Part shown: in pieces, positions 10,449-20,450 of the stretch
How the letters are laid out: each line of letters begins with the position of its first letter
Numbering within the stretch: position 1 is the first letter of the stretch
NCBI GenBank assembly: GCA_965277625.1
Contig: OZ255827.1
Span: forward strand, 1,935,123-1,999,122
DNA: 64,000 nt
From: Gammaproteobacteria bacterium
GTDB lineage: Bacteria > Pseudomonadota > Gammaproteobacteria > CAKMZV01
Direction: 5' to 3'
Position numbers and translations under genes: made by a program
The notes under the pieces: model-generated
Told to the model about the DNA's origin: nothing
The model's database searches: none
The model's input: the letters and a program-made list of their open reading frames with translations, nothing else

Positions 10449-11096
10449 ATGAATCCGAACAAACGCCATAGACGGCCACCACAAAAAAATCCCGAAAAAT
10501 ACGTCTATGTGATTACAGATGAAGCCCTAACCGATTTCAATCGACTACAGACAACGCTACTACCTTCACTCAAAAAAGGCGTCCCCATGGTTCAATATAG
10601 AGATAAAAGCCAGGATCTTTTAAAACGCCGATACCAAGCTCGAACCCTTAAAAAATTATGCCGACGCACAAATACCTTGTTGATCATCAACGACGATTGG
10701 TCGCTCTGTCGTTGGGTCAAGGCGGATGGTGTGCACATTGGACAAAACGACGCCTCAATGAACCTTGTTCGACGTCATTTGGGACCAAATGCCATCATTG
10801 GTCAGTCTTGTTATAACAGCACCCAATTGGCGGCAAAAGCCATAAAAAACCGCAGTGACTATATTGCTTTTGGCAGCATTTATGCCTCTCCCACCAAACC
10901 GAATGCAATCCGTGCGCCGCTAAAGTGTTTACGCTTTCCTAATAAATTGAAACAGCGGAAAATACCTTGTGTTGCCATTGGCGGGATTAGCCGTTCAACT
11001 ATGACAGAAGTCATCAACAGTGGCGCAGATTATGCGGCTTTCAATTCAGGATTTTGGCAATCCGACGCCTTTCAGTCTGGATCATGCGAAAAATAA
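10449..11096 (+). CDS. thiE: Thiamine-phosphate synthase
   Basis: 215 aa. 'YVITDE...VQYRDK...GADGVHIGQND...IGQSCY...AIGGI' matches the ThiE fold. The true start is uncertain. Confidence 0.75.
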   Translation: MNPNKRHRRPPQKNPEKYVYVITDEALTDFNRLQTTLLPSLKKGVPMVQYRDKSQDLLKRRYQARTLKKLCRRTNTLLIINDDWSLCRWVKADGVHIGQNDASMNLVRRHLGPNAIIGQSCYNSTQLAAKAIKNRSDYIAFGSIYASPTKPNAIRAPLKCLRFPNKLKQRKIPCVAIGGISRSTMTEVINSGADYAAFNSGFWQSDAFQSGSCEK

Positions 11097-12130
11097 TCCA
11101 CATCGACATGGATGCATTTTTTGCCTCCATTGAGCAGCGCGATTTTCCAGAATACCGAAATAAACCTTTGGTGGTTGGTGGACAACCAAACAGCCGAGGG
11201 GTCGTCGCGACTTGCAGTTATGAAGCACGACAATTTGGCATTCATTCAGCAATGCCCAGTGCCCACGCCTATCGTTTATGCCCTTCCGCCATCTTTGTAC
11301 CGCCTCGTTTTGAAGCCTATCGCCAAGCCTCAGACCACATTCGAGCCATCTTCAAACGCTACACCTCGGTGATTGAACCTTTGTCTTTGGATGAAGCATT
11401 TTTAGACGTGACCAATGCCCGCTTGCATCACGGCTCTGCTACCCTCATCGCAGCGGCCATTCGAGCAGCCATCAAGCAGGAATTGAAGGTCACAGCTTCA
11501 GCGGGTATTTCTTACAATAAGTTTTTGGCGAAATTGGCCAGCGATGAAAACAAACCCGATGGTCAATTCACCATTTTGGCCGATCAAGCAAGCGATTGGT
11601 TGCGCGCGCTACCGATCCGAAAATTTTTTGGTATTGGTAAAGCCACAGAAGCGAAAATGCATCGCTTGGGCATTTATACGGGCAAAGACTTGGAAACGCA
11701 TTCAAAAATAAAATTAATACAAGCCTTTGGTCATGCAGGCGCTTATTATTATGACATTGTGAGAGGCATAGACGATCGACCCGTCAGCCCAAGCCGTAAA
11801 CGCCAATCCATCGGATGTGAAAACACTTATGCTCAAGACATATCATCCACAGAAGAAATGTTAGAAGCCTTGACCAAGATGACCGAAAAAATTGCCACAA
11901 GCTTAGTCGAAAAATCTTTGTATGCTCAAACGCTCACTTTAAAAGCCACCTACCCAAGCTTTCAAACGGTGACCCGATCGCATACTTTTCCTGTCCCATT
12001 CAATGACAGCGCAACCATGGTGGAATGGCTGCCGACCCTGCTCAAAAAAACCGATGCTGAAAAAAATCACGTGCGTTTGCTCGGTATTTCAGTGTCCAAA
12101 CTCAGCCAAATGACTAAAGTGTTATTGTGA
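11084..12130 (+). CDS. dinB: DNA polymerase IV (Y-family translesion polymerase)
   Basis: Start moved to 'MRKIIHIDMDAFFASIEQRD', the canonical DinB N-terminus. 'SLDEAFLDVT' and 'GIGKATEAKMHRLGIYTGKDL' are also present. Overlaps the thiE end by about 13 nt. Confidence 0.9.
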   Translation: MRKIIHIDMDAFFASIEQRDFPEYRNKPLVVGGQPNSRGVVATCSYEARQFGIHSAMPSAHAYRLCPSAIFVPPRFEAYRQASDHIRAIFKRYTSVIEPLSLDEAFLDVTNARLHHGSATLIAAAIRAAIKQELKVTASAGISYNKFLAKLASDENKPDGQFTILADQASDWLRALPIRKFFGIGKATEAKMHRLGIYTGKDLETHSKIKLIQAFGHAGAYYYDIVRGIDDRPVSPSRKRQSIGCENTYAQDISSTEEMLEALTKMTEKIATSLVEKSLYAQTLTLKATYPSFQTVTRSHTFPVPFNDSATMVEWLPTLLKKTDAEKNHVRLLGISVSKLSQMTKVLL

Positions 12131-12177
12131 CGTTCTGGCAGTAATTCACACAGTAAAAGTCCGTTATAATACGGGCA

Positions 12178-13056
12178 ATGAACGCATCAAAAACCCGCAA
12201 AGCGCCTTGGATTAAACCCCTTTATTTCATCGCTTCAAAATTGAGTTTAAAACAAGCACATTGGGCGGGTTCGCTTGTTGGACGATTGCTGTATTTCATT
12301 AAAAATATCGATTACCGCGTGGCAGTAAAAAACATCAGCGCCTGCTTCCCAGATTTATCCCCTGCCAAGCAACAAAAATTGGTTAAGGAAACGCTTATCA
12401 ATGTGGGTAAAACTGCTTTTGAAATTCCTTTGGTTTGGGAGAATAAGCGTCAGTGGCAGGAAAAGGTCTTGGTCAATATTTCTGGTGAAGAACAATTTTT
12501 CTTGGCTCAGCAAAGCGACAAAGGCACCATATTCATTACCCCGCATTTGGGTTGTTGGGAGATCGTCGGTAATTATATTGGTTGGTATTTTAAAGGGGTC
12601 ATCTTCCTGTATAAACCCGCGCTATATGAAACCTTAAATCAGCTGATTTTAGCTAAGCGCACAAACTTTGGCCAACGATTGGTGACGACTGATAATAAGG
12701 GGGTCAGGCAGATGCTCACCACCCTAAAGCAAGGCGGTAGCTTAGGCATTCTGCCAGACCAAGATCCAGGTGATAAAGGGGGCAGACTATCGCGCTTTTT
12801 CAATGTGCCCACCTACACAATGACCCTGGTCGCCAGATTGGTTAAAAGCACCCAATGCAATCTCATTCTCACGGCAGCTATTCGATTGCCTGAAAGCAAA
12901 GGATTTGATCTGATCATTCAGAAAATAGAATGTGAAGGTTTAGATGAACAGGGCGTCGTTGATTTGATCAATCAGAAAATTGAACAATTAGTGCGTGAAC
13001 ACCCAAGCCAATACCAGTGGACCTATAAACGCTTTAAGAACACCATGAAATATTGA
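12178..13056 (+). CDS. lpxL: Lipid A biosynthesis lauroyl/myristoyl acyltransferase (LpxL/HtrB family)
   Basis: 292 aa. 'ITPHLGCWE' (HX4E acyltransferase motif) and 'ILPDQDPG' are LpxL/LpxM family signatures. Confidence 0.75.
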   Translation: MNASKTRKAPWIKPLYFIASKLSLKQAHWAGSLVGRLLYFIKNIDYRVAVKNISACFPDLSPAKQQKLVKETLINVGKTAFEIPLVWENKRQWQEKVLVNISGEEQFFLAQQSDKGTIFITPHLGCWEIVGNYIGWYFKGVIFLYKPALYETLNQLILAKRTNFGQRLVTTDNKGVRQMLTTLKQGGSLGILPDQDPGDKGGRLSRFFNVPTYTMTLVARLVKSTQCNLILTAAIRLPESKGFDLIIQKIECEGLDEQGVVDLINQKIEQLVREHPSQYQWTYKRFKNTMKY

Positions 13057-13128
13057 TTTTGTCAGTACTTCATGAGTAATTGCACGCCAATTTGTAAAGT
13101 GGATAAGGGCGAGAACACCCTGTCAAAA

Positions 13129-13929
13129 TCAGACGTTTTCTAATACATCCTGCATGTTGAAACAGCCATATTCTTTATTGGCCAACCAAACGGCCGCTTG
13201 CGTCGCGCCTTTGGCATAAGTCATGCGTGAAGTGGACTTGTGGGTGATTTCTATGCGTTCTCCCTGTGTGATAAACATGGCTGTATGTTCGCCCACCACA
13301 TCACCACCGCGCAGCGTTTGATAACCAATTTCACCCTTGGTGCGCGCTCCGCATTGCCCTTGACGACAAAACACCTTTGATTTTTGTGGATCAAGCCCGC
13401 TGTTTTTAGCAATGATTTCACCCATCTTTAATGCCGTACCAGAAGGCGCATCAACTTTATAGCGATGGTGCATTTCTAATATTTCTACATCGTAGTCTTT
13501 ACCCGCTAAAGTTTTAGCCGCTTGCGCTAATAAGGCGAAAGTCGTATTAACACCTATGCTCATATTGGGCGAAAAAACCAAAGCCGTTGAATCACCCGCT
13601 TGGGTGATAGTCTCAATCTGCTTGGCTGAAAAACCGGTGGTGCCAATCACCATTTTTTTGTGATGTGCCGCACAAAAATCCAAGTTGGTCAAGGTATTCT
13701 CGACTGTAGAAAAATCAATCAACACATCAAAATCTGCATCAGCCAGACGGTCGGTAATAACGACCTCTGAAGGCCAGCCCGTGACGCTGGATAGGGTTTT
13801 GCCCACCATCTCATTTGATGCACGTTCCGTACCAGCGCTTAATTGACAATCTTGACGAGCAAGCGTCGCCTCAACTAAGGTTCTACCCATGCGTCCTAAA
13901 ACGCCGCTAATTGCTATTTTTGTAGTCAT
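13129..13929 (-). CDS. dapB: 4-hydroxy-tetrahydrodipicolinate reductase
   Basis: 266 aa. 'KIAISGVLGRMGR' NAD(P)-binding N-terminus, 'EMHHRYKVDAPSGTA'. Confidence 0.9.
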   Translation of the reverse strand: MTTKIAISGVLGRMGRTLVEATLARQDCQLSAGTERASNEMVGKTLSSVTGWPSEVVITDRLADADFDVLIDFSTVENTLTNLDFCAAHHKKMVIGTTGFSAKQIETITQAGDSTALVFSPNMSIGVNTTFALLAQAAKTLAGKDYDVEILEMHHRYKVDAPSGTALKMGEIIAKNSGLDPQKSKVFCRQGQCGARTKGEIGYQTLRGGDVVGEHTAMFITQGERIEITHKSTSRMTYAKGATQAAVWLANKEYGCFNMQDVLENV

Positions 13930-13935
13930 ACTCTG

Positions 13936-15051
13936 TTATGTGTTTAGCCCAAAGAAATCTTTCAACGAATTGACCCAAGACGTTTGTTTTGGACTATGAT
14001 TGGATTTGTCTGAGCCCATTGACTGTCCCAATTGTTCTATAAAAGATTTTTGCTCTGCATTTAAATTTACTGGGGTTTCAACAAAAATTCGGCAATAAAG
14101 ATCACCCTTCAAGCCTCTTTGAATCGAAGTAATACCCTTGCCTTTCAACCGAAATGTTTTGCCCGTTTGCGTGCCCGCTGGAATTTTCAATTTTAGACGC
14201 CCTTCTAATGTGGGCACCTCCAATTCACCACCGAGTGTGGCCGAAACAATGTCAATAGGGGCTTCACAATACAGATCTGAACCATTGCGTTTAAAAACCG
14301 AATGTTCCTCAATATTGACTCGCACGTATAAATCGCCTGCAGGGTTGCCAACACCGCCCGACTCACCCTTGCCTTCTAAGCGAATGCGTCCGCCATCATC
14401 GATGCCTGAAGGGATGTGCACCGCCAAGGTTTTATGTTTGGTCTCTTGCCCAGTTCCACCGCATTTATGACATGGATCGCTGATGATCTTGCCCTGACCC
14501 CGACAATGTGGGCACGTTTGTTGAATGTTAATAAATCCTTGCTGAATTCTGACCTGACCATTACCGTGACAGGTTGAACATTCTTTTGGGCTGCTGCCTT
14601 TTTTCGCGCCGCTGCCTTTACAAGTTGTGCACGTTTCTGCAACGGGAATTCTGATCTTAACTTCTTTGCCGTGGAAAACCTCTTCTAAGGTCAGGTTCAG
14701 GTTGTACTGTAAATCAGAGCCACGTCTGGATTGCCGATCTCCACCGCCACCTTGACCAAAAAAGTCAGAAAAAATGTCAGAGAATGCGTCTCCAAAATCT
14801 CCCGATCCTTGGTATCCGCCGCCCATAGAAGGATCAATGCCTGCATGACCAAATCGATCGTAGGCAGATTTCTTACTGGGGTCCGAAAGAACATCATAGG
14901 CCTTCTGAACTTCTTTGAACTGTGCTTCAGTATCTTTTTCAGGATTCCGATCTGGATGTAACTTCATTGCCAGACGTCTATAGGCTTTTTTTATTTCAGC
15001 CTCGGTTGCGTCTTTTTTAACGCCCAGTGCTCCGTATAAATCTTTTTCCAT
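13936..15051 (-). CDS. dnaJ: Chaperone DnaJ
   Basis: 371 aa. J-domain with HPD ('KLHPDRNP'), a G/F-rich linker, and four CxxCxGxG zinc-finger repeats. Confidence 0.95.
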   Translation of the reverse strand: MEKDLYGALGVKKDATEAEIKKAYRRLAMKLHPDRNPEKDTEAQFKEVQKAYDVLSDPSKKSAYDRFGHAGIDPSMGGGYQGSGDFGDAFSDIFSDFFGQGGGGDRQSRRGSDLQYNLNLTLEEVFHGKEVKIRIPVAETCTTCKGSGAKKGSSPKECSTCHGNGQVRIQQGFINIQQTCPHCRGQGKIISDPCHKCGGTGQETKHKTLAVHIPSGIDDGGRIRLEGKGESGGVGNPAGDLYVRVNIEEHSVFKRNGSDLYCEAPIDIVSATLGGELEVPTLEGRLKLKIPAGTQTGKTFRLKGKGITSIQRGLKGDLYCRIFVETPVNLNAEQKSFIEQLGQSMGSDKSNHSPKQTSWVNSLKDFFGLNT

Positions 15052-15135
15052 AATCCTTCAATTATAATAACGGGCGAAGACCTAAAAAAGCCTTCACCCG
15101 CAGACCAATAAAACTGCCTATATTGTTAGACAGGT

Positions 15136-17058
15136 TTACTCCTTTTTATCCTTCTTATCAGCTGTTTCATCGACTTCTTCATACTCCGCTTCGACCACAT
15201 CGTCTGCGACTTTTTCATCAGATGTAGGCGCTGCTGAATCTTCACCAGCTGGTTGTGCTTTTTGAGCTACTTCAGCGGTTTTGGTAAATAATGATTGAGT
15301 CGCTTCTTCGATTGCAGACTTGTCTTCCCCATTTAGGGTTTCTTGTAGTGCGCTGATCGCATCTTCAAGCAATTTCTTATCCGCATCATCTAACTGCTCG
15401 CCCATTTCAGACAAGGTTTGATTCGCGGTATAGATTGCCGACTCTGCTGCGTTTTTAACACTGACCATTTCTTGAAACGCCTTGTCTTCATCCGCATGAA
15501 GCTGCGCATCTTTTATCATTTTTTCAATCTCAGCATCGTCTAGACCAGAAGACGCTTTGATCGTAATAGATTGCTCTTTGCCCGTGTCTTTGTCTTTTGC
15601 TGAAACATGCAAAATACCATCCGCATCAATGTCAAACGAGACTTCAATTTGAGGCGTCCCTCTTGAGGCAGGACGAATGCCTTCCAAATTAAATTGACCC
15701 AATGATTTGTTGGCAGAAGCCATCTCACGCTCGCCTTGCAAAACTTGAACCGTAACGGCTGTTTGATTGTCAGCCGCCGTTGAGAACACTTGCTTGGCAT
15801 TTGTTGGAATCGTGGTGTTTTTTTCAATGAGTTTTGTCATAACGCCACCCATGGTTTCTATACCAAGAGACAAAGGCGTTACATCCAACAATAAAACATC
15901 ATTGACATCACCACCCAATACGGCGCCTTGAATGGCAGCGCCCACTGCAACCGCTTCGTCTGGATTGACATCTCTTCTCGGTGCTTTACCAAAGAATTTT
16001 TCCACCGCTTGTTGAACCATTGGCGTTCGGGTAGAACCACCGATTAAAATCACTTCATCGATTTCATTGGAACGCAAGCCCGCATCTTTCAATGCTTGTT
16101 TACAAGGGGCTAATGAACGTTTGACCAAATCACCAACCAAGGCTTCATAATTGGCACGAGACAACTTGAGAGACAAATGCTTAGGACCGTCCGCATCTGC
16201 GCTGATGTAAGGCAAACTGATTTCGGTCTGCTCCCGAGTCGAAAGCTCAATTTTTGCCGTTTCAGCCGCTTCTTTTAAACGTTGCATGGCCACACGGTCT
16301 TTGGTTAAGTCAACCCCTTGTTGCTTCTTAAACTCTGTCGCAAGGTGCTTGATGATGCACGAGTCAAAATCTTCGCCACCTAAGAAGGTATCACCGTTTG
16401 TCGCCAATACTTCAAACTGTTTTTCACCGTCAATTTCAGCCACTTCAATGATTGAAATATCAAAGGTCCCGCCGCCTAAATCATAAACGGCAATTTTCGC
16501 ATCGCCTTGGAATTTTTCCATACCGTAAGCAAGTGCTGCTGCGGTTGGTTCATTAATAATCCGCTTGACTTCTAATCCAGCAATCCGTCCAGCGTCTTTT
16601 GTCGCTTGGCGTTGAGAATCATTAAAGTATGCAGGAACGGTAATGACGGCTTCTGTCACTTTTGTGCCCAAATAATCTTCAGCGGTTTGTTTCATTTTTT
16701 GCAAAATTTTGGCTGAAATTTCAGGTGGTGCCATTTTTTTGTCATCCACTTTGATCCAAGCATCGCCGTTGTCTGCTTTGACTATTTCATAAGGCACCAT
16801 TTCAATGTCTTTTTGAACGGTGTCATCCTCAAAACGACGACCAATCAATCGTTTGATTGCGTATAACGTATTTTTTGGATTGGTCACAGCTTGACGCTTG
16901 GCTGAATCTCCAACAACAATTTCGTCGTCTTTATAAGCGACGATGGAAGGCGTTGTTCTATTGCCTTCTGCGTTTTCTATGACTTTTGTTGTGTCGCCTT
17001 CTCTAATCGCCACACAAGAATTGGTTGTCCCCAAATCAATCCCGATTACTTTTCCCAT
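15136..17058 (-). CDS. dnaK: Chaperone DnaK (Hsp70)
   Basis: 640 aa. '[12 protein letters not shown]', 'DLGGGTFD', '[11 protein letters not shown]' and a C-terminal EEVD-like acidic tail. Confidence 0.97.
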   Translation of the reverse strand: MGKVIGIDLGTTNSCVAIREGDTTKVIENAEGNRTTPSIVAYKDDEIVVGDSAKRQAVTNPKNTLYAIKRLIGRRFEDDTVQKDIEMVPYEIVKADNGDAWIKVDDKKMAPPEISAKILQKMKQTAEDYLGTKVTEAVITVPAYFNDSQRQATKDAGRIAGLEVKRIINEPTAAALAYGMEKFQGDAKIAVYDLGGGTFDISIIEVAEIDGEKQFEVLATNGDTFLGGEDFDSCIIKHLATEFKKQQGVDLTKDRVAMQRLKEAAETAKIELSTREQTEISLPYISADADGPKHLSLKLSRANYEALVGDLVKRSLAPCKQALKDAGLRSNEIDEVILIGGSTRTPMVQQAVEKFFGKAPRRDVNPDEAVAVGAAIQGAVLGGDVNDVLLLDVTPLSLGIETMGGVMTKLIEKNTTIPTNAKQVFSTAADNQTAVTVQVLQGEREMASANKSLGQFNLEGIRPASRGTPQIEVSFDIDADGILHVSAKDKDTGKEQSITIKASSGLDDAEIEKMIKDAQLHADEDKAFQEMVSVKNAAESAIYTANQTLSEMGEQLDDADKKLLEDAISALQETLNGEDKSAIEEATQSLFTKTAEVAQKAQPAGEDSAAPTSDEKVADDVVEAEYEEVDETADKKDKKE

Positions 17059-17085
17059 TAATAATTACTCCTTAATTTCAAATTT

Positions 17086-17106
17086 GTAGAAATTTATTAT
17101 TTCTAC
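17086..17106 (-). terminator. Perfect 8-bp stem-loop between grpE and dnaK (possible grpE terminator/attenuator)
   Basis: gtagaaat-ttatt-atttctac in the 89-nt grpE-dnaK spacer. No strong T-tract follows. Confidence 0.3.
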
Positions 17107-17147
17107 TTCAAACTTATAACTGCTATATGTGTCTTAAATGAATAAAA

Positions 17148-17774
17148 TCAAGCCCCTGAACTGACAACAACTAATGCTGGTCTGATTAGACGACCATTTA
17201 AAACAAAACCTTTTTGATAAACTTCAACAATCTTGTTGGCCGCCATCTCAGTGTTGGCAACCGTGGTCATCGCTTGATGCAAGTTGGCATCAAAATCTGA
17301 TGCCACTTCGGGTACGACCAGTTCAACACCTGCTTCAGTCATGACCTTAAGAAATTGTTTTTCAATCAAATTAAAACCATCAATAATTGCCGTATCATCA
17401 GTGTTATTGGGTTGAATGCTTTTGCGACCATTTTCTAAACCATCTAAAAGTGGAATCAACGATCGTAGCAATTGTTCATTACCATATTTATGCGCATTAG
17501 CAATATCGCGCTCAGAGCGTTTGCGCAAATTATCCATTTCTGCATGCAGCCTTATGGCTTTTTCATTGGCAAGATTTAACTGCTCTTGCAAGGCCTCAAG
17601 TTGCGTTTCAAAATCCTCTGCAGCATCATTGTCTGAATCTGTATCAGCGACTTCTGATGCTATTGTCTCAGCTGAATCAGTGGTCGCATCCTCACTCAGA
17701 GAATCTGACTCATTGGTTGCCACTGCTTCAGAATTTGAGGCTTGTTGATCCTCGTTTTGGTGTTTTTTCGTCAT
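17148..17774 (-). CDS. grpE: Nucleotide exchange factor GrpE
   Basis: 208 aa. Acidic N-terminus, a coiled-coil, and a C-terminal 'KGFVLNGRLIRPALVVV' GrpE signature. It lies upstream of dnaK. Confidence 0.9.
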   Translation of the reverse strand: MTKKHQNEDQQASNSEAVATNESDSLSEDATTDSAETIASEVADTDSDNDAAEDFETQLEALQEQLNLANEKAIRLHAEMDNLRKRSERDIANAHKYGNEQLLRSLIPLLDGLENGRKSIQPNNTDDTAIIDGFNLIEKQFLKVMTEAGVELVVPEVASDFDANLHQAMTTVANTEMAANKIVEVYQKGFVLNGRLIRPALVVVSSGA

Positions 17775-17817
17775 GTGCTCGTTTAGGTTTGGTTTAATTT
17801 GTGACTATAAAAACTCT

Positions 17818-17845
17818 CTATGGGGATGATGAGAAAATTATCAAG
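17818..17845 (-). promoter_or_regulatory. Sigma-32 (RpoH) heat-shock promoter for grpE-dnaK-dnaJ
   Basis: The minus strand reads gCTTGATAattttctcatcatCCCCATAGag. CTTGAT(A) is separated by 14 nt from CCCCATAG, against the consensus CTTGAAA-N13-15-CCCCATNT. It sits about 45 nt upstream of the grpE ATG. Confidence 0.5.
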
Positions 17846-18015
17846 CATGACACCTAAGATTTCATTCTATGACGGCTTAGGGCATTGACCTCAAAGGGCA
17901 TTTTTTAGCCGCTCAGGGTACAATGTCTGCTAACTATCATTCGATCATGATACGCTGGCTTTCAAACCTATTTTAATGAATCCTTAATCAACTCTATACC
18001 CCCAATCGACTCTCT

Positions 18016-19125
18016 ATGTCTTTAAGCGTCATCATTCCAACTTACAAAGAAGTTGCAAATATTAAAAAATGTACGCAGAGTATTGCTGAAGCTTTAGCGC
18101 CTTTGGCCATAGACTATGAAATCGTGTACATGGATGACAATTCTAATGACGGCAGCTTGGAGTTGGTTGAATCGCTGCAAAATACCTATCCCGTAAAAAT
18201 GATCGTTCGTCAATCGGATCGTGGTTTATCTAAGGCGGTGATTGAAGGCTTTAGGCACGCTCAATTTGAATATGTTATTGTGATGGATGCGGATTTATCC
18301 CACCCTGCCAGTGCGCTCCCTGCTTTATTGGAAAAATTACAACAACAACCGAAAACATTTGTCATTGGTTCGCGCTACGTCAAAGGCGGGCAATTGGATG
18401 AAAGTTGGGGTTTACTCAGACGCATTATTTCCAAAGTTGCCACTTACTTAGCGCGTCCTTTGGTTAAAGTTTCCGATCCCATGTCCGGGTTTTTTGGCAT
18501 TCGTAAAACAGACATACCAGCAGAACACCTGCTCTCGCCAGTTGGTTACAAGATAGGCTTAGAAGTTTTGGTCAAAGGGGCGTTTACCGACATCTACGAA
18601 CATCCAATTCGATTCATTGATCGGCAGGAAGGTCAAAGCAAAATGAGTCTATTAGAGCAGATACGATACCTTCGTCATTTGCGCCGACTATATCAATACA
18701 AATATACCATTTGGTCAGAAGTGGTGCAATTTGCCAGCGTCGGGTCTTCTGGATTCATCGTTGATCTCAGCTTTTATTTGTTCTTGCAAGCGGTCTTTGG
18801 ATTGCCGCATCAACTTGCTCGGGGCTTGTCCTTTTGGCCTGCCGTCAGTTGGAATTGGCTGCTTAATCGCGCGCTTACTTTTAGCCATAGAGATAAACGA
18901 CCCAAGTTACGCCAATGGATGGAATTTGTTTTATCCAGTCTGTTTGGCTTTGTCATTAATGTTGGCAGTTATTTTCTGCTTACAACCTACGTTCCCTTAT
19001 TCCAAGACTTACCCATTTTTGCCCTTGTGATTGGCATTTTATTGGGCATGGGCTTTAACTTTATTTTTTCCAGTTTTTTCGTATTCAGACTACTCAGAGA
19101 TGACGAAGCAAACGATCACCCATAG
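18016..19125 (+). CDS. GT2-family polyprenyl-phosphate glycosyltransferase fused to a C-terminal GtrA-like membrane domain
   Basis: 369 aa. 'VIIPTYKE', 'DDNSNDGS' and 'DADLSH' (DXD) are the Dpm1/ArnC-like catalytic domain. The C-terminal ~120 aa has 4 TM helices of the GtrA type. Confidence 0.7.
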   Translation: MSLSVIIPTYKEVANIKKCTQSIAEALAPLAIDYEIVYMDDNSNDGSLELVESLQNTYPVKMIVRQSDRGLSKAVIEGFRHAQFEYVIVMDADLSHPASALPALLEKLQQQPKTFVIGSRYVKGGQLDESWGLLRRIISKVATYLARPLVKVSDPMSGFFGIRKTDIPAEHLLSPVGYKIGLEVLVKGAFTDIYEHPIRFIDRQEGQSKMSLLEQIRYLRHLRRLYQYKYTIWSEVVQFASVGSSGFIVDLSFYLFLQAVFGLPHQLARGLSFWPAVSWNWLLNRALTFSHRDKRPKLRQWMEFVLSSLFGFVINVGSYFLLTTYVPLFQDLPIFALVIGILLGMGFNFIFSSFFVFRLLRDDEANDHP

Positions 19126-19522
19126 TGTTTCAGTTTGGCGACGTTTGGGGGCGATTTTTTACGACGCTCTACTGGTCATAGCACTGCTTATGATAGCCAA
19201 CTTGCCCCCTACGATGATTTGGGGCAACGAGATTAATGCCAACTTGGTCTCATCCACCCTCCATCGCTTATATCTCCTAACCATTTGGGCAAGTTACTTT
19301 ATTGCTTTTTGGTCTATCAGCGGACAAACACCCGCCATGAGGGTTTGGAAAATCAAATTGACACAAGAGCCGAACAAACCTCCCACGCGCCTCTCTTGCC
19401 TCAGAAGATGGCTCATGGCGTGGAGTCTGTTTCTGGTCTTTCCGCTGTTCTCAGCGCTCTTAAAAAAACCGACTTGGTATGATCGTTATAGCAACAGTTA
19501 TTTGATCAAGATCAATGGCTGA
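19100..19522 (+). CDS. RDD-family membrane protein
   Basis: Start taken at 'MTKQTITHSVSVWRRLGAIFYDALLV'. It has the R...D...D pattern and 3 TM segments. Its N-terminus overlaps the end of the glycosyltransferase gene. Confidence 0.5.
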   Translation: MTKQTITHSVSVWRRLGAIFYDALLVIALLMIANLPPTMIWGNEINANLVSSTLHRLYLLTIWASYFIAFWSISGQTPAMRVWKIKLTQEPNKPPTRLSCLRRWLMAWSLFLVFPLFSALLKKPTWYDRYSNSYLIKING

Positions 19523-19554
19523 GGTATTCGTTTCGCTCAAGGTTCTGTGTCACT

Positions 19555-20388
19555 ATGGCAATGGCTAAACTTATCATTCACAGCCCCAAATTATCTGAGA
19601 CACAACTGGCTCAGCTATCAGACTATGGCCATGACATTGAACACCGAGGCACTTTTTATTGCTGTCATGAGGCACGCGAAGCGCCCATAGAACACTGGCG
19701 ACAACAGTGGCAAATGGACATAAATCGTTTGCACTCACAATGGCAAGCCAATCAAACCAAACTCGTCATCAGTGACATGGATTCAACCTTGATTAACATT
19801 GAATGTATAGATGAATTGGCCGATTCTGTGGGACTGAAAGAATCCGTCGCTGCCATCACAGCACGAGCAATGTCCGATGAAGCATTTGACTTTAGCCAGT
19901 CATTAAAACAAAGAGTATCACTGCTGAAGGGATTACCTGAGTCAGCCTTAGAAACCGTCTATCAAAACAAGCTGCGTTTAAACCCAGGGGCGATTGAACT
20001 GCTCAATTTTTTAGCAAAGAACAAGGTACATTTTGCTTTGGTCTCTGGTGGTTTTACTTACTTCACTGAAAAATTAAAATCTCGGTTTCAATTCCAATTT
20101 GCCCACGCCAATCAGTTAGAAATCGCGGATGGACATTTAACGGGTCAGGTTGTAGGTCCGATTGTTGATGGACTTGCCAAACAACAGTATCTTATTAAAT
20201 TGTGTTCAAAGTTGGGCATAGAACCGCACCAAGTTATTGCGCTTGGCGATGGTTCTAACGACTTACCCATGATGCAGGCTGCGGGCTTGAGCGTAGCCTA
20301 TCAAGCCAAAAAAACCGTGCGCGAACAGGCTCAATGGCAAATCAATCATACTGGATTAGATTCAGTCATCGCGGCCTTGACGGTTTAG
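19555..20388 (+). CDS. serB: Phosphoserine phosphatase
   Basis: 277 aa. HAD motifs 'ISDMDSTLI', 'VSGGF' and 'GDGSNDLPM'. Confidence 0.85.
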   Translation: MAMAKLIIHSPKLSETQLAQLSDYGHDIEHRGTFYCCHEAREAPIEHWRQQWQMDINRLHSQWQANQTKLVISDMDSTLINIECIDELADSVGLKESVAAITARAMSDEAFDFSQSLKQRVSLLKGLPESALETVYQNKLRLNPGAIELLNFLAKNKVHFALVSGGFTYFTEKLKSRFQFQFAHANQLEIADGHLTGQVVGPIVDGLAKQQYLIKLCSKLGIEPHQVIALGDGSNDLPMMQAAGLSVAYQAKKTVREQAQWQINHTGLDSVIAALTV

Positions 20389-20450
20389 TTGTGTTGGCTA
20401 TGCGATTTTAATGAAGGCAGAAACGCCCTCATTCAAATGGATGAGTGCTT

